DNA of 64,000 nucleotides from positions 1 to 64,000 of IMG/VR virus record IMGVR_UViG_3300035156_000041; one strand, 5' to 3'. How positions within the stretch are numbered: position 1 is the first letter of the stretch; the number at the start of each line of letters is the position of its first letter. Positions 38,962 to 48,665 of the stretch are shown here, in pieces. Both the position numbers and the translations under genes were made by a program. The stretch is from a virus. The notes below the pieces were generated by a model that did no database searches, was not told the origin of the DNA, and saw nothing but the letters and a program-made list of their open reading frames with translations.

Positions 38962-39678
38962 TTGAGCAAACGACTTACACAACGAGAATTTGAGCAGCGT
39001 TCCACAGAATCTCATGCCATCTTACATGACTATTCCGAAGCCGTCTATACACACCGTACGGAACTCGTAAAAATTCGCTGCACAGAGCATGATGCTGTTT
39101 TCTACCAACCTGCTGGTGCTCATATGGATGGACATACACGTTGTCACCAATGTGTTCTTGACAGGAAGATGGCTACGCGAGTAGCTAAGAGATCGGTAGG
39201 GCTAGAGCTAAACGAAAAACGTTGCTCGACCTGTGCTGAAATTAAGGATAAGAGCGAGTTTACTGCTAACCTTATGGGTGCTGACGGACTGCGTTGCGAG
39301 TGCAGAGCTTGTGGCTCGCTGAAGAGTAAAGAACGTATGAAGTGTCCTATAGAGTGGCAAAAGAAAAAGGAGTACTCTGCCGAGTACACTCGCAATAATC
39401 GAGATAAGGCTAATGCTAAGTCTGCTCTTCGCAGAGCTAACCGAAATCGCGCCACCGTAGATTTCGAGGACAAAGAGTTTGAAGAGCTTTTCTTAAAAGA
39501 GATGTACAATTTAACTGTCCTCCGAGAGTCTGCGACAGGTTTCAAGTGGCAAGTAGACCATACCGTGCCTCTTTTGTCAAGCTTTGTTTGTGGTCTGCAC
39601 TGGAGTGGTAATCTTAGCATTATCCCTGCTTTCGACAATCTTTCCAAGGGTAACAGATTTTGGCCCGATATGTGGTAA
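38962..39678 (+). CDS. HNH homing endonuclease
   Basis: VDHTVPL...VCGLH...NL.I.....N.SKGN; Zn-binding Cys pairs. Confidence 0.88.
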   Translation: MSKRLTQREFEQRSTESHAILHDYSEAVYTHRTELVKIRCTEHDAVFYQPAGAHMDGHTRCHQCVLDRKMATRVAKRSVGLELNEKRCSTCAEIKDKSEFTANLMGADGLRCECRACGSLKSKERMKCPIEWQKKKEYSAEYTRNNRDKANAKSALRRANRNRATVDFEDKEFEELFLKEMYNLTVLRESATGFKWQVDHTVPLLSSFVCGLHWSGNLSIIPAFDNLSKGNRFWPDMW

Positions 39679-39694
39679 ATAATTTAAGGAACGT

Positions 39695-40159
39695 ATGACA
39701 GTCATTGACCCATCTTCTGATCTAGGGAAGCTCCGTTTACGTTGTGGTGATTGGCAAACCCTTCCATGGTTACCAGACACAGTGTACCTGCAAACCCTCA
39801 CAGATAGTGGGGGCAATCTGCCAGCAGCAGCCAAGACCTGCGCGCTTTACATCTTGGCGATGCTCAGTTTCCGCACGCACGAGAAGATGGCGCAATTGGA
39901 AAGTTGGTCTGCGGAAAGTTATACAAACTTTAAAGATTTCCTTTTGACCACTGTAAGCAACCCTGCGTTCATGTCTTTTTCGCCAATCCCTTCGTCTACG
40001 TCTGAGGAGTTCTCACCTATTCTGAGTTTTCAGAAAGCATGGAATCAGAACTTTAATTCGGGAGATGAAGCGCAGCAGCTTGCATTCACTGGTGACATCA
40101 GTGCTAATGACGGCTCAAGGTTGGGTATGTATGGGCGTACTGGTTGGTCCGAAGCATGA
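39695..40159 (+). CDS. Head-tail connector/adaptor protein
   Basis: LRL..GD....L.D..Y...AA pattern; position. Confidence 0.65.
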   Translation: MTVIDPSSDLGKLRLRCGDWQTLPWLPDTVYLQTLTDSGGNLPAAAKTCALYILAMLSFRTHEKMAQLESWSAESYTNFKDFLLTTVSNPAFMSFSPIPSSTSEEFSPILSFQKAWNQNFNSGDEAQQLAFTGDISANDGSRLGMYGRTGWSEA

Positions 40160-40551
40160 GCAGATTTGACCAATTTGACCGGCTAGTTGCCAACGCGATG
40201 CAGCGATGGGGCTTCACCGCCCTCTACCAGAAAATTACAACAGTCCCCAACGACGCCACAGGTGGCGTCGATGAAACTATCATAGCAATCCCTATTCGCT
40301 GTATCCGCCAGGAACAGTTACGCCCCCTATTCGGCACTGGCACTAACACTGGCACCGATATCCAGAATGGCGACCTAATCCTGTACGTGCAGCCTACTGA
40401 GAAGGCTGACAAGTTTGCCGATGCTCTCGTAATTGATCCCACAGATGATAACGTGGTAATCCAAGGAGTAACTTGGAACATTGTAACGAGTAAGCTTCAT
40501 GGCACCGATCCGTCAGACCCAATCCTCTACGAGTTGTACATTCGTAAATAA
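40156..40551 (+). CDS. Head closure/stopper protein
   Basis: IQ.GD...D.V...W.IV...P..YEL.IR pattern. Confidence 0.7.
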   Translation: MSRFDQFDRLVANAMQRWGFTALYQKITTVPNDATGGVDETIIAIPIRCIRQEQLRPLFGTGTNTGTDIQNGDLILYVQPTEKADKFADALVIDPTDDNVVIQGVTWNIVTSKLHGTDPSDPILYELYIRK

Positions 40552-40605
40552 TTAACAGCATCGTCAAGCTGCAAAAGTGGCTTCCCTATTTCCAAGGAAC
40601 CCCTA

Positions 40606-43278
40606 ATGTCTCTCCCAATCGGCTCTGTCGTAACAGACGTTACGCTCGAAAGCCTATCAGCAGCAAATCAGAGTAACACCCCTATCACATTCGGTCAAGT
40701 GTTTAAAGTTGGCGATACGCTTCAAGGTGAAAGCCTTGTAGGGCGTATTGGCAAGGACACTGTACCACTCCAATACGAAGTGAAAGCCACTCACGCAGAT
40801 GGCTCTGTGCGTCACGCTATTATCAGCCTTGTGCTGCCAAGCTTGTCTGCCAAGACCCTGCCAGTGATGCAGCTTGTGAAGTCTGCTCCAAGCGACTCTA
40901 CATCAGCACCTAGCACGCCTACCACAGCCTCTGTGACAGCCACGATTGCAGGCGTAAAGTATTCGGCTACTGTTGATAATACGCACCTTGCCAATAAGGT
41001 TTGGTTGTCTGGTAATATAGTGCAAGAGAAGCAATTCAATGTTCCTTTCACTACAGCAGATGGTACAGCCCACCCTCACTTGTATGCACGGTTTGCTCTG
41101 CGTGATTATACGGCAATTGGTAATGTGCGTGTGGATGTGGCAGTAGAGAACAATTGGGCATATGAAAGTGGCCCACAGAACTTTGTGTATGATCTTGAAA
41201 ATCAAGTAAATGGTAACGTAGTTTATTCTCAAGCTGCTCTCAACCACTACCACCACGCCCGCCATCGTAAGGTGTATTGGACTGGAAGCTCGCCACAAGT
41301 CAATGTGCGTCCTAATCTAGTTTATTTTCTTGCTGCTAAAGCTGTCCCATACTACGACCCAGCTACGCCACCATCTGAAAAAACTTTGCAGCAAACCGGC
41401 GCTCTAGCGTTGAATGCTGGACCAATGCAGATTGGTGCGACAACAGCGTACATGCCAATGACAGGTGGTCGTGGAGATATTGGTATCCTCCCTGATTGGC
41501 AAGTTAATTGGCTGCTTTCAGGAGACTCCCGAGCACGCGATACCAGCCTTGTAACAGCTAACGGCGCTGGTAGCTTTCCAATGCACTACCGGGACAAGAA
41601 TACAGATCGTCCAGTTAGCCTTAAAGACCATCCACGAATGACGATGGGTAACGTTTCAGATGCAGGGACAGACGCTTTTCCTTGGGTGGATACAGGCAAC
41701 GATGCTAACCCTAAGAATCGCACACCACTTACTCCTGAGATTCCACATCACCCTGCACTTCCCTATTTGCCCTACCTTTTGACGGGTGACTACTACTATC
41801 TGGAGGAGTTGCAATTCTGGGCAATGTGGTGCGTGTTTTCCTCGAACCCCGGCTATCGTGGCGCTGGTTTAGGTCTTGTTATTCCTGAGCAGTTACGAGG
41901 TCAAGCATGGGCTTTACGAACATTAACTCAAGCAACCTATATTACGCCCGATGATGACTCTTATAAACAAGAGTTTACTCGTATTCTGAACAACAATTTT
42001 GATTGGTATAACTCAGCTTACACCAATAACAAAGTTCGTAATGATGTTTCTCCAGGTGATAGTGACTTCGACCAAAGTAAGATGGGTAATGATCTTGGAA
42101 CCATCGTTAATGGCTTTGCAGTAGCATACGATGGAAATACGGGCGTAGCACCTTGGATGGATGATTTCTTCACATCGGTAATTGGTTATGCAGCAGACTT
42201 GGGCTTCACCGAGGCTCTACATCTACTGGCATGGAAAGCTCAGTTTCCGGTGGGTCGAATGACGGCAGACGGTGTGTGTTGGGTAACAGCCGTTCCTTAC
42301 AATCTTCATATTAGAGAAACTGGTAACGGACCATTCTATAAAACTCTAAAAGAGTGCTACACAAAGCAGCTTGGCGAGAAGTTTATGGCTTTGCCTTGTG
42401 CAAGCCCTGAGATGGCTCAAGCGTGGAATGCAACCGGATACCCTTCCAATCAGTACCCATCATCAGGCGGTGTATTTGCAGGGGACATGAGTAATATTGC
42501 TTTTGGTAACGTTGGCTATCCCTCTAATATGCAGCCAGCCTTGGCATACTGTGCAGAATATGATTTGCCAAATGCTCGAAAAGCTTGGGACTTGTTTATG
42601 TCACGCAGCGTTCAATGTGACTACTCGAACGGCGCACAGTTTAACGTAGTACCTCGAAACTACAAGGCGCAGCCAGTTGCACCTTACGTAGACACTGACA
42701 CTAGAGTTTGGAATCAAATTGGCAAAGAAGGTGAGACAGTTAATGTCCCTGACAACACAACAGTGCGTTACGGGGCAAACGGCTTGTACTCCTCTGAAGA
42801 AGTAATGAGCGGGGAGATTGTTATTTCCAACGCAACATTTGGCGGCGACCCTGCCCCCAATACCCCTAAGTTTTTGCAACAACTAATTCCATCAGCAACA
42901 CCACCTATTAAGGACGACCCTATCATGACTTTCAAAGTATCCGTAGCACTCACATTTGCTAACCAAACCCTTCCAGCAGGCTCCGAAGCCTCCGCAGCAC
43001 AAACCCTCGTAGAACTGCTCGCAGCAGACGGCGTAACAGTTGTAGCATCGTCAGCAACTGTCTACGAATTTAGCGGCATCAACGCTGGCGATTATGTTGT
43101 TCGTGCTAGCGGTATTGACAGCAAGGGCGCTGTCATGGGCGTACCTTACACGCAAGCTTTCACTATCGTGGAAGAAGTTGTGACGCCACCAGTTGACACG
43201 CCTCCTGTTGAGCCTGCTCCACAACCTGTTGATGTCTCGCTCCCAAGCGGTATCACTGTCAGCTACGTCAAGGAATAA
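40606..43278 (+). CDS. Large putative carbohydrate-active virion protein (lyase/hydrolase-like core + lectin-like + Ig-like C-terminus)
   Basis: P.TFGQ.F..G...DGS.RHA N-terminal barrel; helical core with YL.YL.TGD.YYLEE and R..AW.LR; VRYGA.G...FG.DPAP small domain. Confidence 0.6.
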   Translation: MSLPIGSVVTDVTLESLSAANQSNTPITFGQVFKVGDTLQGESLVGRIGKDTVPLQYEVKATHADGSVRHAIISLVLPSLSAKTLPVMQLVKSAPSDSTSAPSTPTTASVTATIAGVKYSATVDNTHLANKVWLSGNIVQEKQFNVPFTTADGTAHPHLYARFALRDYTAIGNVRVDVAVENNWAYESGPQNFVYDLENQVNGNVVYSQAALNHYHHARHRKVYWTGSSPQVNVRPNLVYFLAAKAVPYYDPATPPSEKTLQQTGALALNAGPMQIGATTAYMPMTGGRGDIGILPDWQVNWLLSGDSRARDTSLVTANGAGSFPMHYRDKNTDRPVSLKDHPRMTMGNVSDAGTDAFPWVDTGNDANPKNRTPLTPEIPHHPALPYLPYLLTGDYYYLEELQFWAMWCVFSSNPGYRGAGLGLVIPEQLRGQAWALRTLTQATYITPDDDSYKQEFTRILNNNFDWYNSAYTNNKVRNDVSPGDSDFDQSKMGNDLGTIVNGFAVAYDGNTGVAPWMDDFFTSVIGYAADLGFTEALHLLAWKAQFPVGRMTADGVCWVTAVPYNLHIRETGNGPFYKTLKECYTKQLGEKFMALPCASPEMAQAWNATGYPSNQYPSSGGVFAGDMSNIAFGNVGYPSNMQPALAYCAEYDLPNARKAWDLFMSRSVQCDYSNGAQFNVVPRNYKAQPVAPYVDTDTRVWNQIGKEGETVNVPDNTTVRYGANGLYSSEEVMSGEIVISNATFGGDPAPNTPKFLQQLIPSATPPIKDDPIMTFKVSVALTFANQTLPAGSEASAAQTLVELLAADGVTVVASSATVYEFSGINAGDYVVRASGIDSKGAVMGVPYTQAFTIVEEVVTPPVDTPPVEPAPQPVDVSLPSGITVSYVKE

Positions 43279-43279
43279 C

Positions 43280-43378
43280 ATGCTGAAGAAGATATGGGCA
43301 TGGCTGCTAGGAACATTTGGCAAGAAGGTACATGTCCAGCTTCCTTCAGCAGCAGTTGTAGTAATTAAAGACGAGTAA
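43280..43378 (+). CDS. 32-aa amphipathic peptide
   Basis: AAGGA RBS; MLKKIWAWLLGTFGKKVHVQLPSAAVVVIKDE. Confidence 0.55.
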   Translation: MLKKIWAWLLGTFGKKVHVQLPSAAVVVIKDE

Positions 43379-43388
43379 GTAATTATAG

Positions 43389-43432
43389 GAGACTTGATGG
43401 CACCTGCAAGGTGTGGCTGTCAAGTCTCTTTT
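43389..43432 (+). terminator. Long hairpin/terminator
   Basis: GAGACTTGA...TCAAGTCTC + TTTT. Confidence 0.65.
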
Positions 43433-43455
43433 GTTGTATATAAATAGGAATAAGA

Positions 43456-46053
43456 ATGTCCATTAAATTCGACCCGGCACTATCGCCCCCTACTTTTATT
43501 TTCTCAACACTTGCAGCAGCTAAGACTTTACCAGATAGTGATTGGGCAATTGGTTGCGTTATTTATTTTAATTCGATAAACGCCGCAGTCGTGGGTCAGC
43601 CACAATATCTGTACTCAACAGGACCATTTCAAACCGCGGGTTCGTTCAATTTAGTATACGAGCCAGCCTCTGCCGCAAATTCTGAGAGAAATGTCCACTT
43701 GTTTTTAGGGGCTTCAAACAGTCCCGTCTGTATAAGTCCTACATCACCTGTCAGCGGTGATTCGTGGTTATTTGTATTCCAGCGTGTTTCAGGGAACCTT
43801 ACGGTAAAACAATGTCGCGTGTTGGCATCGGCTCCGGTGGATGGTTCAGCAGTGCTTACTGGGCAAACTGTCGCTTTAACGGGGACTTTAGTAGGTACTG
43901 GGAACTTGACCATTGGTGCTAGGTCGGATCAAGCAACTAACAGGGTTTTTGGCCAATCTGCTGCGCGTATTTTCCGATTGGACGGTACAGGGTTGACCGA
44001 CTTCGAGATTGCCAAACTTGCATACGGAATGGAGTTGTCCGATATCGGGAAAACCCCAGCGCAATATATTCGGATGAATGACGTGTCCGATTTGTCTGAC
44101 CGAGGTACGCAAGCAAATTCATTCTCGGCAACTCCGTCTACTATGGTTACGGGTACTTCCCCTGGCTTCGGCTATGTTGCGTCAGGTACACCGGTTGCTC
44201 CAGCTATTTCTGGCTTGCCAACATTTGCCGGTGCAGCAGTTGGTTCTGTTTCTACAGTATCCCCAGCCAGCACGACTGGTACTCCATCACCGGCAAACAC
44301 GTTTCAATGGAAGATTGACGGCGCTGCCATTTCTGGAGCAACCGGGACAACTTATACGCCGATCTCAAGTGATGCAGGAAAAACACTTACTGTTACCCAA
44401 ACTGCCAATAGCACTAGCGGTACAGCTACAGCCACCAGCACCGGCTCTGTAGTTTCGGCAACCGTTGCATATGGTATTGATGCCGCGCAGTTGGTGGCAG
44501 AGAGAATCTACCAGCGCATTTCTGGCGCAGCTACTATTGCGGTGTCTGGAACATGGGTGGGGTCTTCTGCACCGGCTTCAGTTGAGTACCAGCTTTTTGC
44601 TCCTAATGGAACTGACGTTCAAAAAACATGGGCATCGATTGGAGCCACAATTGCAGCAGGAGGAACTTGGGTAGCTTCTCCGTCGATTCCTCAACCAACA
44701 AACGGAAAGAAATACTTAATTCAGTATCGGTCTAAAGACTTGGGTGGAACGGTATTGGCGACATCTGCCATTAAATCCAACCGTTTCGGTGTCGGTGATA
44801 TCCACGGCTTTATTGGATCAAGCAGCGCAGAAAAAGCGTTTTACACGGATTCAGGCACAGGTTTTACTCTTGACCCAGATGTCACCAGTCGCTACGACGG
44901 GACGTGGTACACTATTACCGCTGGCTGTGCAATTCAGATTGCGAGTTACTTGGCTGTGCAGGCAGGCGTACCAATTGCCTTCCTTGACTACGGTATCGGT
45001 GGCTCTGTGATTACAGATTGGACCAATACAAGTTATTCTCAGTGGACAGCCTTTGCGAGTGGTGTCAGTGATGTTGGTGGCAAGATATCAGGTTGTTTAA
45101 TTACAATCGGATCAAACGATGCTGCTTATGGGTCCGTTACTTCGAGGGCATCGCACTTGGCAAACTGGAGGACCATGATAGCGAATGTGAGAGCTTTGAC
45201 TTCGCAAAGCGCCATGCCTATCTGCGCCATTGGATTCAACCGACGAACCAACACCACAGTCTCACAATCAGTATTCGATTTATGCTCTGATTATGTCCGC
45301 ATGGCTGAAAATGATATTGGCGATGATGCAAACGTATGCACCGTTCAGACTATGGACTTCCTACTGAGCAGTGACGGAATTCACTTAGCGTCTGTTGACA
45401 CTGGCTTCCCAGCATGGGGGCGGCGGATATCTTATCAGTACGGCTCATTTATCGCAGGCACTTATTTGCGTGGCCCTAAAATCACACAAATCTCCGTAAC
45501 TGGCAATGTCGCCACAGTTTCTATTGCCAACAGGGGTTCCACAGATTTCACACCGACTAGTGGTATTACTGGGTTCACAGCCTTTGATACAGGGGGTGTT
45601 GCTGTCACAATTAACTCTGCTGTCCGCACAAATGCCACCACAATCACCTTAACGTGCGCGTCTGCTCCAGCAAAGATTCAGTATCTAGAGGGCAGCGCGC
45701 CTGCTGTTGGAACGCCAGTTTTTGGCAACACGGCTAGCCCACTACCAATGACCGTAGAGACTGATAGAGCTATTGTAGCCGCGCTGGCTACTGCTGCTAA
45801 TTTTACAGTTGTAGATTCTACGGGCGCTGCTGTCACAGGCGTAACAGGCTTAGACTATGCATTCTATGACAATTACCGTGTCAGTGCAGGGGCCGCTCCT
45901 GTTAAATATGGAACAAATCTCGCCATCACCGGGGGTACAGCCACAATTAATATTACGGGCGTGACAACCTTGGCACCAGGAGGTATTGGACGAGTTATTT
46001 GGAGTGACGCAGCAGGCACCAAGATTGGTAGCGGACTGGTAACGGTGTCGTAA
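43456..46053 (+). CDS. Virion appendage protein: LamG-like + Ig-like + SGNH/SASA esterase + C-terminal anchor domain
   Basis: LTIGAR...LTD.EI..LA LamG-like motif; FQW..DG.AISGAT..TY...D.GK.LTV Ig motif; GSND and DGIH SGNH blocks. Confidence 0.72.
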   Translation: MSIKFDPALSPPTFIFSTLAAAKTLPDSDWAIGCVIYFNSINAAVVGQPQYLYSTGPFQTAGSFNLVYEPASAANSERNVHLFLGASNSPVCISPTSPVSGDSWLFVFQRVSGNLTVKQCRVLASAPVDGSAVLTGQTVALTGTLVGTGNLTIGARSDQATNRVFGQSAARIFRLDGTGLTDFEIAKLAYGMELSDIGKTPAQYIRMNDVSDLSDRGTQANSFSATPSTMVTGTSPGFGYVASGTPVAPAISGLPTFAGAAVGSVSTVSPASTTGTPSPANTFQWKIDGAAISGATGTTYTPISSDAGKTLTVTQTANSTSGTATATSTGSVVSATVAYGIDAAQLVAERIYQRISGAATIAVSGTWVGSSAPASVEYQLFAPNGTDVQKTWASIGATIAAGGTWVASPSIPQPTNGKKYLIQYRSKDLGGTVLATSAIKSNRFGVGDIHGFIGSSSAEKAFYTDSGTGFTLDPDVTSRYDGTWYTITAGCAIQIASYLAVQAGVPIAFLDYGIGGSVITDWTNTSYSQWTAFASGVSDVGGKISGCLITIGSNDAAYGSVTSRASHLANWRTMIANVRALTSQSAMPICAIGFNRRTNTTVSQSVFDLCSDYVRMAENDIGDDANVCTVQTMDFLLSSDGIHLASVDTGFPAWGRRISYQYGSFIAGTYLRGPKITQISVTGNVATVSIANRGSTDFTPTSGITGFTAFDTGGVAVTINSAVRTNATTITLTCASAPAKIQYLEGSAPAVGTPVFGNTASPLPMTVETDRAIVAALATAANFTVVDSTGAAVTGVTGLDYAFYDNYRVSAGAAPVKYGTNLAITGGTATINITGVTTLAPGGIGRVIWSDAAGTKIGSGLVTVS

Positions 46054-47267
46054 TGGCACTAACTTATCGCGATTCCAAGAATGGCTCTGCTGTAGTGTAT
46101 GCGAATTCTGTGTATGCTACAAGTTCTGACACAACCCTGCCAGTAATGGTGGGAAGCCTCACTAGCAGTGCAATCACAACAAGTGGTTTTACTCTGTCGT
46201 GGTCAGCAGCAACAGACAACGTAGCCGTTACAGGCTATGAAGTTTCTACTGACAATGGTACGAGTTATACAGATGCTGGCAACGTCCTGACAGTAGTTAA
46301 GTCAGGCTTGACACAAGCTACTCTGTACAACACAAAAGTCCGTGCATATGATGCTGCTGGTAACCGTGCAACACCTCTGAGCCTAGCTGTAACAACAGCC
46401 ACAGCAGCAGATGGAACAGCACCTGTGATGACTGGCCCTATCACTATTAGCAGCCAAACAGCTTCTAGTTTTGTCATGTCATGGCCTGCTGCCTCTGACA
46501 ATGTTGGAGTTACAGGCTACAAAGTTAGCACAGACGGTGGCAGCACATACGTAGACGTAGGCAATGTCCTCACAAGCACGCGTAGCGGCCTCACAGCTGC
46601 TACAACGTTCAACGTGCGAGTGTATGCCTACGATGCTGCTAACAACACTGCCACGCCCCTTACAACCACTGCCACAACGCTTGCTTCAGCAGACACTACT
46701 GCACCTGTAATGACTGGCACGATTAGTGTCACAGCCATCAACTCTGGTGGCTTCACTTTTAGTTATGCAGCAGGCACTGACAATGTCGCTGTAACGGGCT
46801 ATGAAGTTAGCGTAGACACTGGCACAGCCTCTTATACAAGTGTTGGCAATGTCTTGTCAGTGGCTAAGGTTAATCTGGCAGCAAGTACACAGTATAACAT
46901 TCGTGTGCGAGCTTTCGATGCTGCTGGTTTGCGCTCTAACGTGCTGACAACAACTGCTACAACAGCCGCTGCACAGCAACTTGCAAGCTCTTTGACACTG
47001 ACGTTCAAGAATCGTGCAGGCGTTGTGCAGGCTAGCTTGACAGGCATGAAGTGGGCATTCTTCGACGCTGCTACGCCAGATGCTTTGTTTTCACCTTCTG
47101 CGAAAGGTACAGGAGCCTCTACAAATGCTAGCGGGATTCTTGTGCTGAACGTTACAGGAACGCAGCTTCCTCCGGGGAGTACAGGCTGGCTTGTGTTTAG
47201 TAATAGTGATGGCACAGCTACTCAGAGCAATCTTATCAGCTTTGCTGGCCCGTGTGTTGTAGCGTGA
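46053..47267 (+). CDS. Triple fibronectin type III repeat protein with C-terminal anchor domain
   Basis: Three DT(T/G).PVM...(W/Y).A..DNV.VTGY.VS...L...T.YN..V.AYDAA.N repeats. Confidence 0.88.
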   Translation: MALTYRDSKNGSAVVYANSVYATSSDTTLPVMVGSLTSSAITTSGFTLSWSAATDNVAVTGYEVSTDNGTSYTDAGNVLTVVKSGLTQATLYNTKVRAYDAAGNRATPLSLAVTTATAADGTAPVMTGPITISSQTASSFVMSWPAASDNVGVTGYKVSTDGGSTYVDVGNVLTSTRSGLTAATTFNVRVYAYDAANNTATPLTTTATTLASADTTAPVMTGTISVTAINSGGFTFSYAAGTDNVAVTGYEVSVDTGTASYTSVGNVLSVAKVNLAASTQYNIRVRAFDAAGLRSNVLTTTATTAAAQQLASSLTLTFKNRAGVVQASLTGMKWAFFDAATPDALFSPSAKGTGASTNASGILVLNVTGTQLPPGSTGWLVFSNSDGTATQSNLISFAGPCVVA

Positions 47268-47434
47268 TGGAAGCGCTATTAGACAAGCAGCATTCCGCTG
47301 ATGGAGATTTGGTAGTGGACACTCAGGAGTACGCTGTGGAGGATTATGAGGTGGATAGCACACGTCTCTCCACAGTGGCTGCTGAGCCTCGCATTGGAAC
47401 AGTTAATTTAGAGAATAGGATTGCCAATGGCTAA
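47267..47434 (+). CDS. Short acidic peptide with V.AE.R/V..ENR repeats
   Basis: TGATG coupling; repeats of a type I recall upstream of fibre-adaptor genes. Confidence 0.45.
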   Translation: MEALLDKQHSADGDLVVDTQEYAVEDYEVDSTRLSTVAAEPRIGTVNLENRIANG

Positions 47435-47711
47435 AGATATGTTTGAGTATGAAGCCGCTGTCAATTCGGCTCTTGAGTACGGCATCAAGTGGCCTTTGCT
47501 AGATGGTGAAGCCATTGTGCAGAGCACTTGGACTGTGTTGGCAGGGGCTGTCGCAGTGACGGCTGAAAAGGTTGTTGGGAATGTCTCATCAGCCTTTCTT
47601 CATCCTACTGTGGTGGGAACAGTTGTCAGGTTGGTTAATGAGATCACCACTAACAATGTTCCTCCGAGGGTTGATAGTCGGATGATCGTGCTGAGTGTGA
47701 AGCGTCTGTAG
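47427..47711 (+). CDS. Small Ig-like fibre/appendage adaptor protein
   Basis: LEY...W.L..GE.I..STW...G...L.N.ITT...R.D.R.I.L.V pattern. Confidence 0.65.
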   Translation: MAKDMFEYEAAVNSALEYGIKWPLLDGEAIVQSTWTVLAGAVAVTAEKVVGNVSSAFLHPTVVGTVVRLVNEITTNNVPPRVDSRMIVLSVKRL

Positions 47712-47792
47712 CACACCGATAGCTGCCTAGATAAGTCTTGACATTTGGCACACTTTATGCTATAATACGTAGATTAGAGGAATGGGTTGTTT

Positions 47793-48236
47793 ATGGGCTT
47801 TGCTATTGATATTCAAGCCTTCGGACAAAAGGCTCTTACACAAGCTAACAAGTCTTGCTGTAACGCTGTTGAAAGTTTGTTTACAGATGAAGTTGTGCTA
47901 AGCCCTATCCAACCTGTTGCGCAATACTCAACAGGATTACTTAAAAATAGCTACTACGCTAAAGTTGGTGGTTTCGACTTGACAGTGGGCACGTCTCCAA
48001 ATTCTTCAGGTGGTGACAGTTTGAGTAGGATTAAGGCCATGTTAGCAGAAGCGCCTTTTCTTGGCAAGGACAATTTTGTAACGCTTACGAACTCTGTAGA
48101 AGAGGCTTATCGTGCAGATGTCCTAGGATGGCCTGCTGGAGAAGGGGCCAACGGTTGGGTGTGGAGTGGTCGTGTACAAGCATACGGCTTCACGAGCCAA
48201 GCTGTCAACAACTTTAAAGGAGCTTACGCACATTGA
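47793..48236 (+). CDS. Neck/tail-completion protein (HK97 gp10-like)
   Basis: SP...TG.L..S...LTN...A...LG pattern; position. Confidence 0.65.
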   Translation: MGFAIDIQAFGQKALTQANKSCCNAVESLFTDEVVLSPIQPVAQYSTGLLKNSYYAKVGGFDLTVGTSPNSSGGDSLSRIKAMLAEAPFLGKDNFVTLTNSVEEAYRADVLGWPAGEGANGWVWSGRVQAYGFTSQAVNNFKGAYAH

Positions 48237-48649
48237 GTCAAGCCATTATCAGAGCGAAGCTGATGCAAACTTTAGCAGCATACGCCACAGCGCATGCCCC
48301 AGTGCTTACCATAGCCCGCGAAAACATTGCGTTCACCAAGCCAGTTAACTCCGCTACGTTTCTTGAAGCGTTTCTTATCCCAGCTAACACAATTAATCCT
48401 AACGTCTCTGCTGATCGTCGTAGATTCTACGGTGACTTCCAGATAAATGTTTGGAGTAAGGAAGGCAACGGCGCACAGGATGCGGAAACAATTGCAGAAG
48501 AAATATCGCAGCTATTTAAAGTGTTCCCAAAAGATTTAATGCCAGTGAGTGTAGAAGCTCCTGCCAGTATCAAGAAAAGTCTGACAGATGGAACAGGCTA
48601 TCGTGTAACCCCCATTCTCATCCCCTATCGGATGGAATCAGAAAATTAA
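48233..48649 (+). CDS. Tail terminator protein
   Basis: EN..F..P...G.FQINV...G.G...AE.I...F...P..IPY pattern. Confidence 0.75.
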   Translation: MSQAIIRAKLMQTLAAYATAHAPVLTIARENIAFTKPVNSATFLEAFLIPANTINPNVSADRRRFYGDFQINVWSKEGNGAQDAETIAEEISQLFKVFPKDLMPVSVEAPASIKKSLTDGTGYRVTPILIPYRMESEN

Positions 48650-48665
48650 ACATTAAGGAAATAAC

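Noticed and set aside
47240-47270. Frameshift fusing the Fn3 protein to the downstream V.AE.R-repeat peptide
   Set aside because: The frames are -1 related but there is no slippery heptamer; TGATG translational coupling explains it
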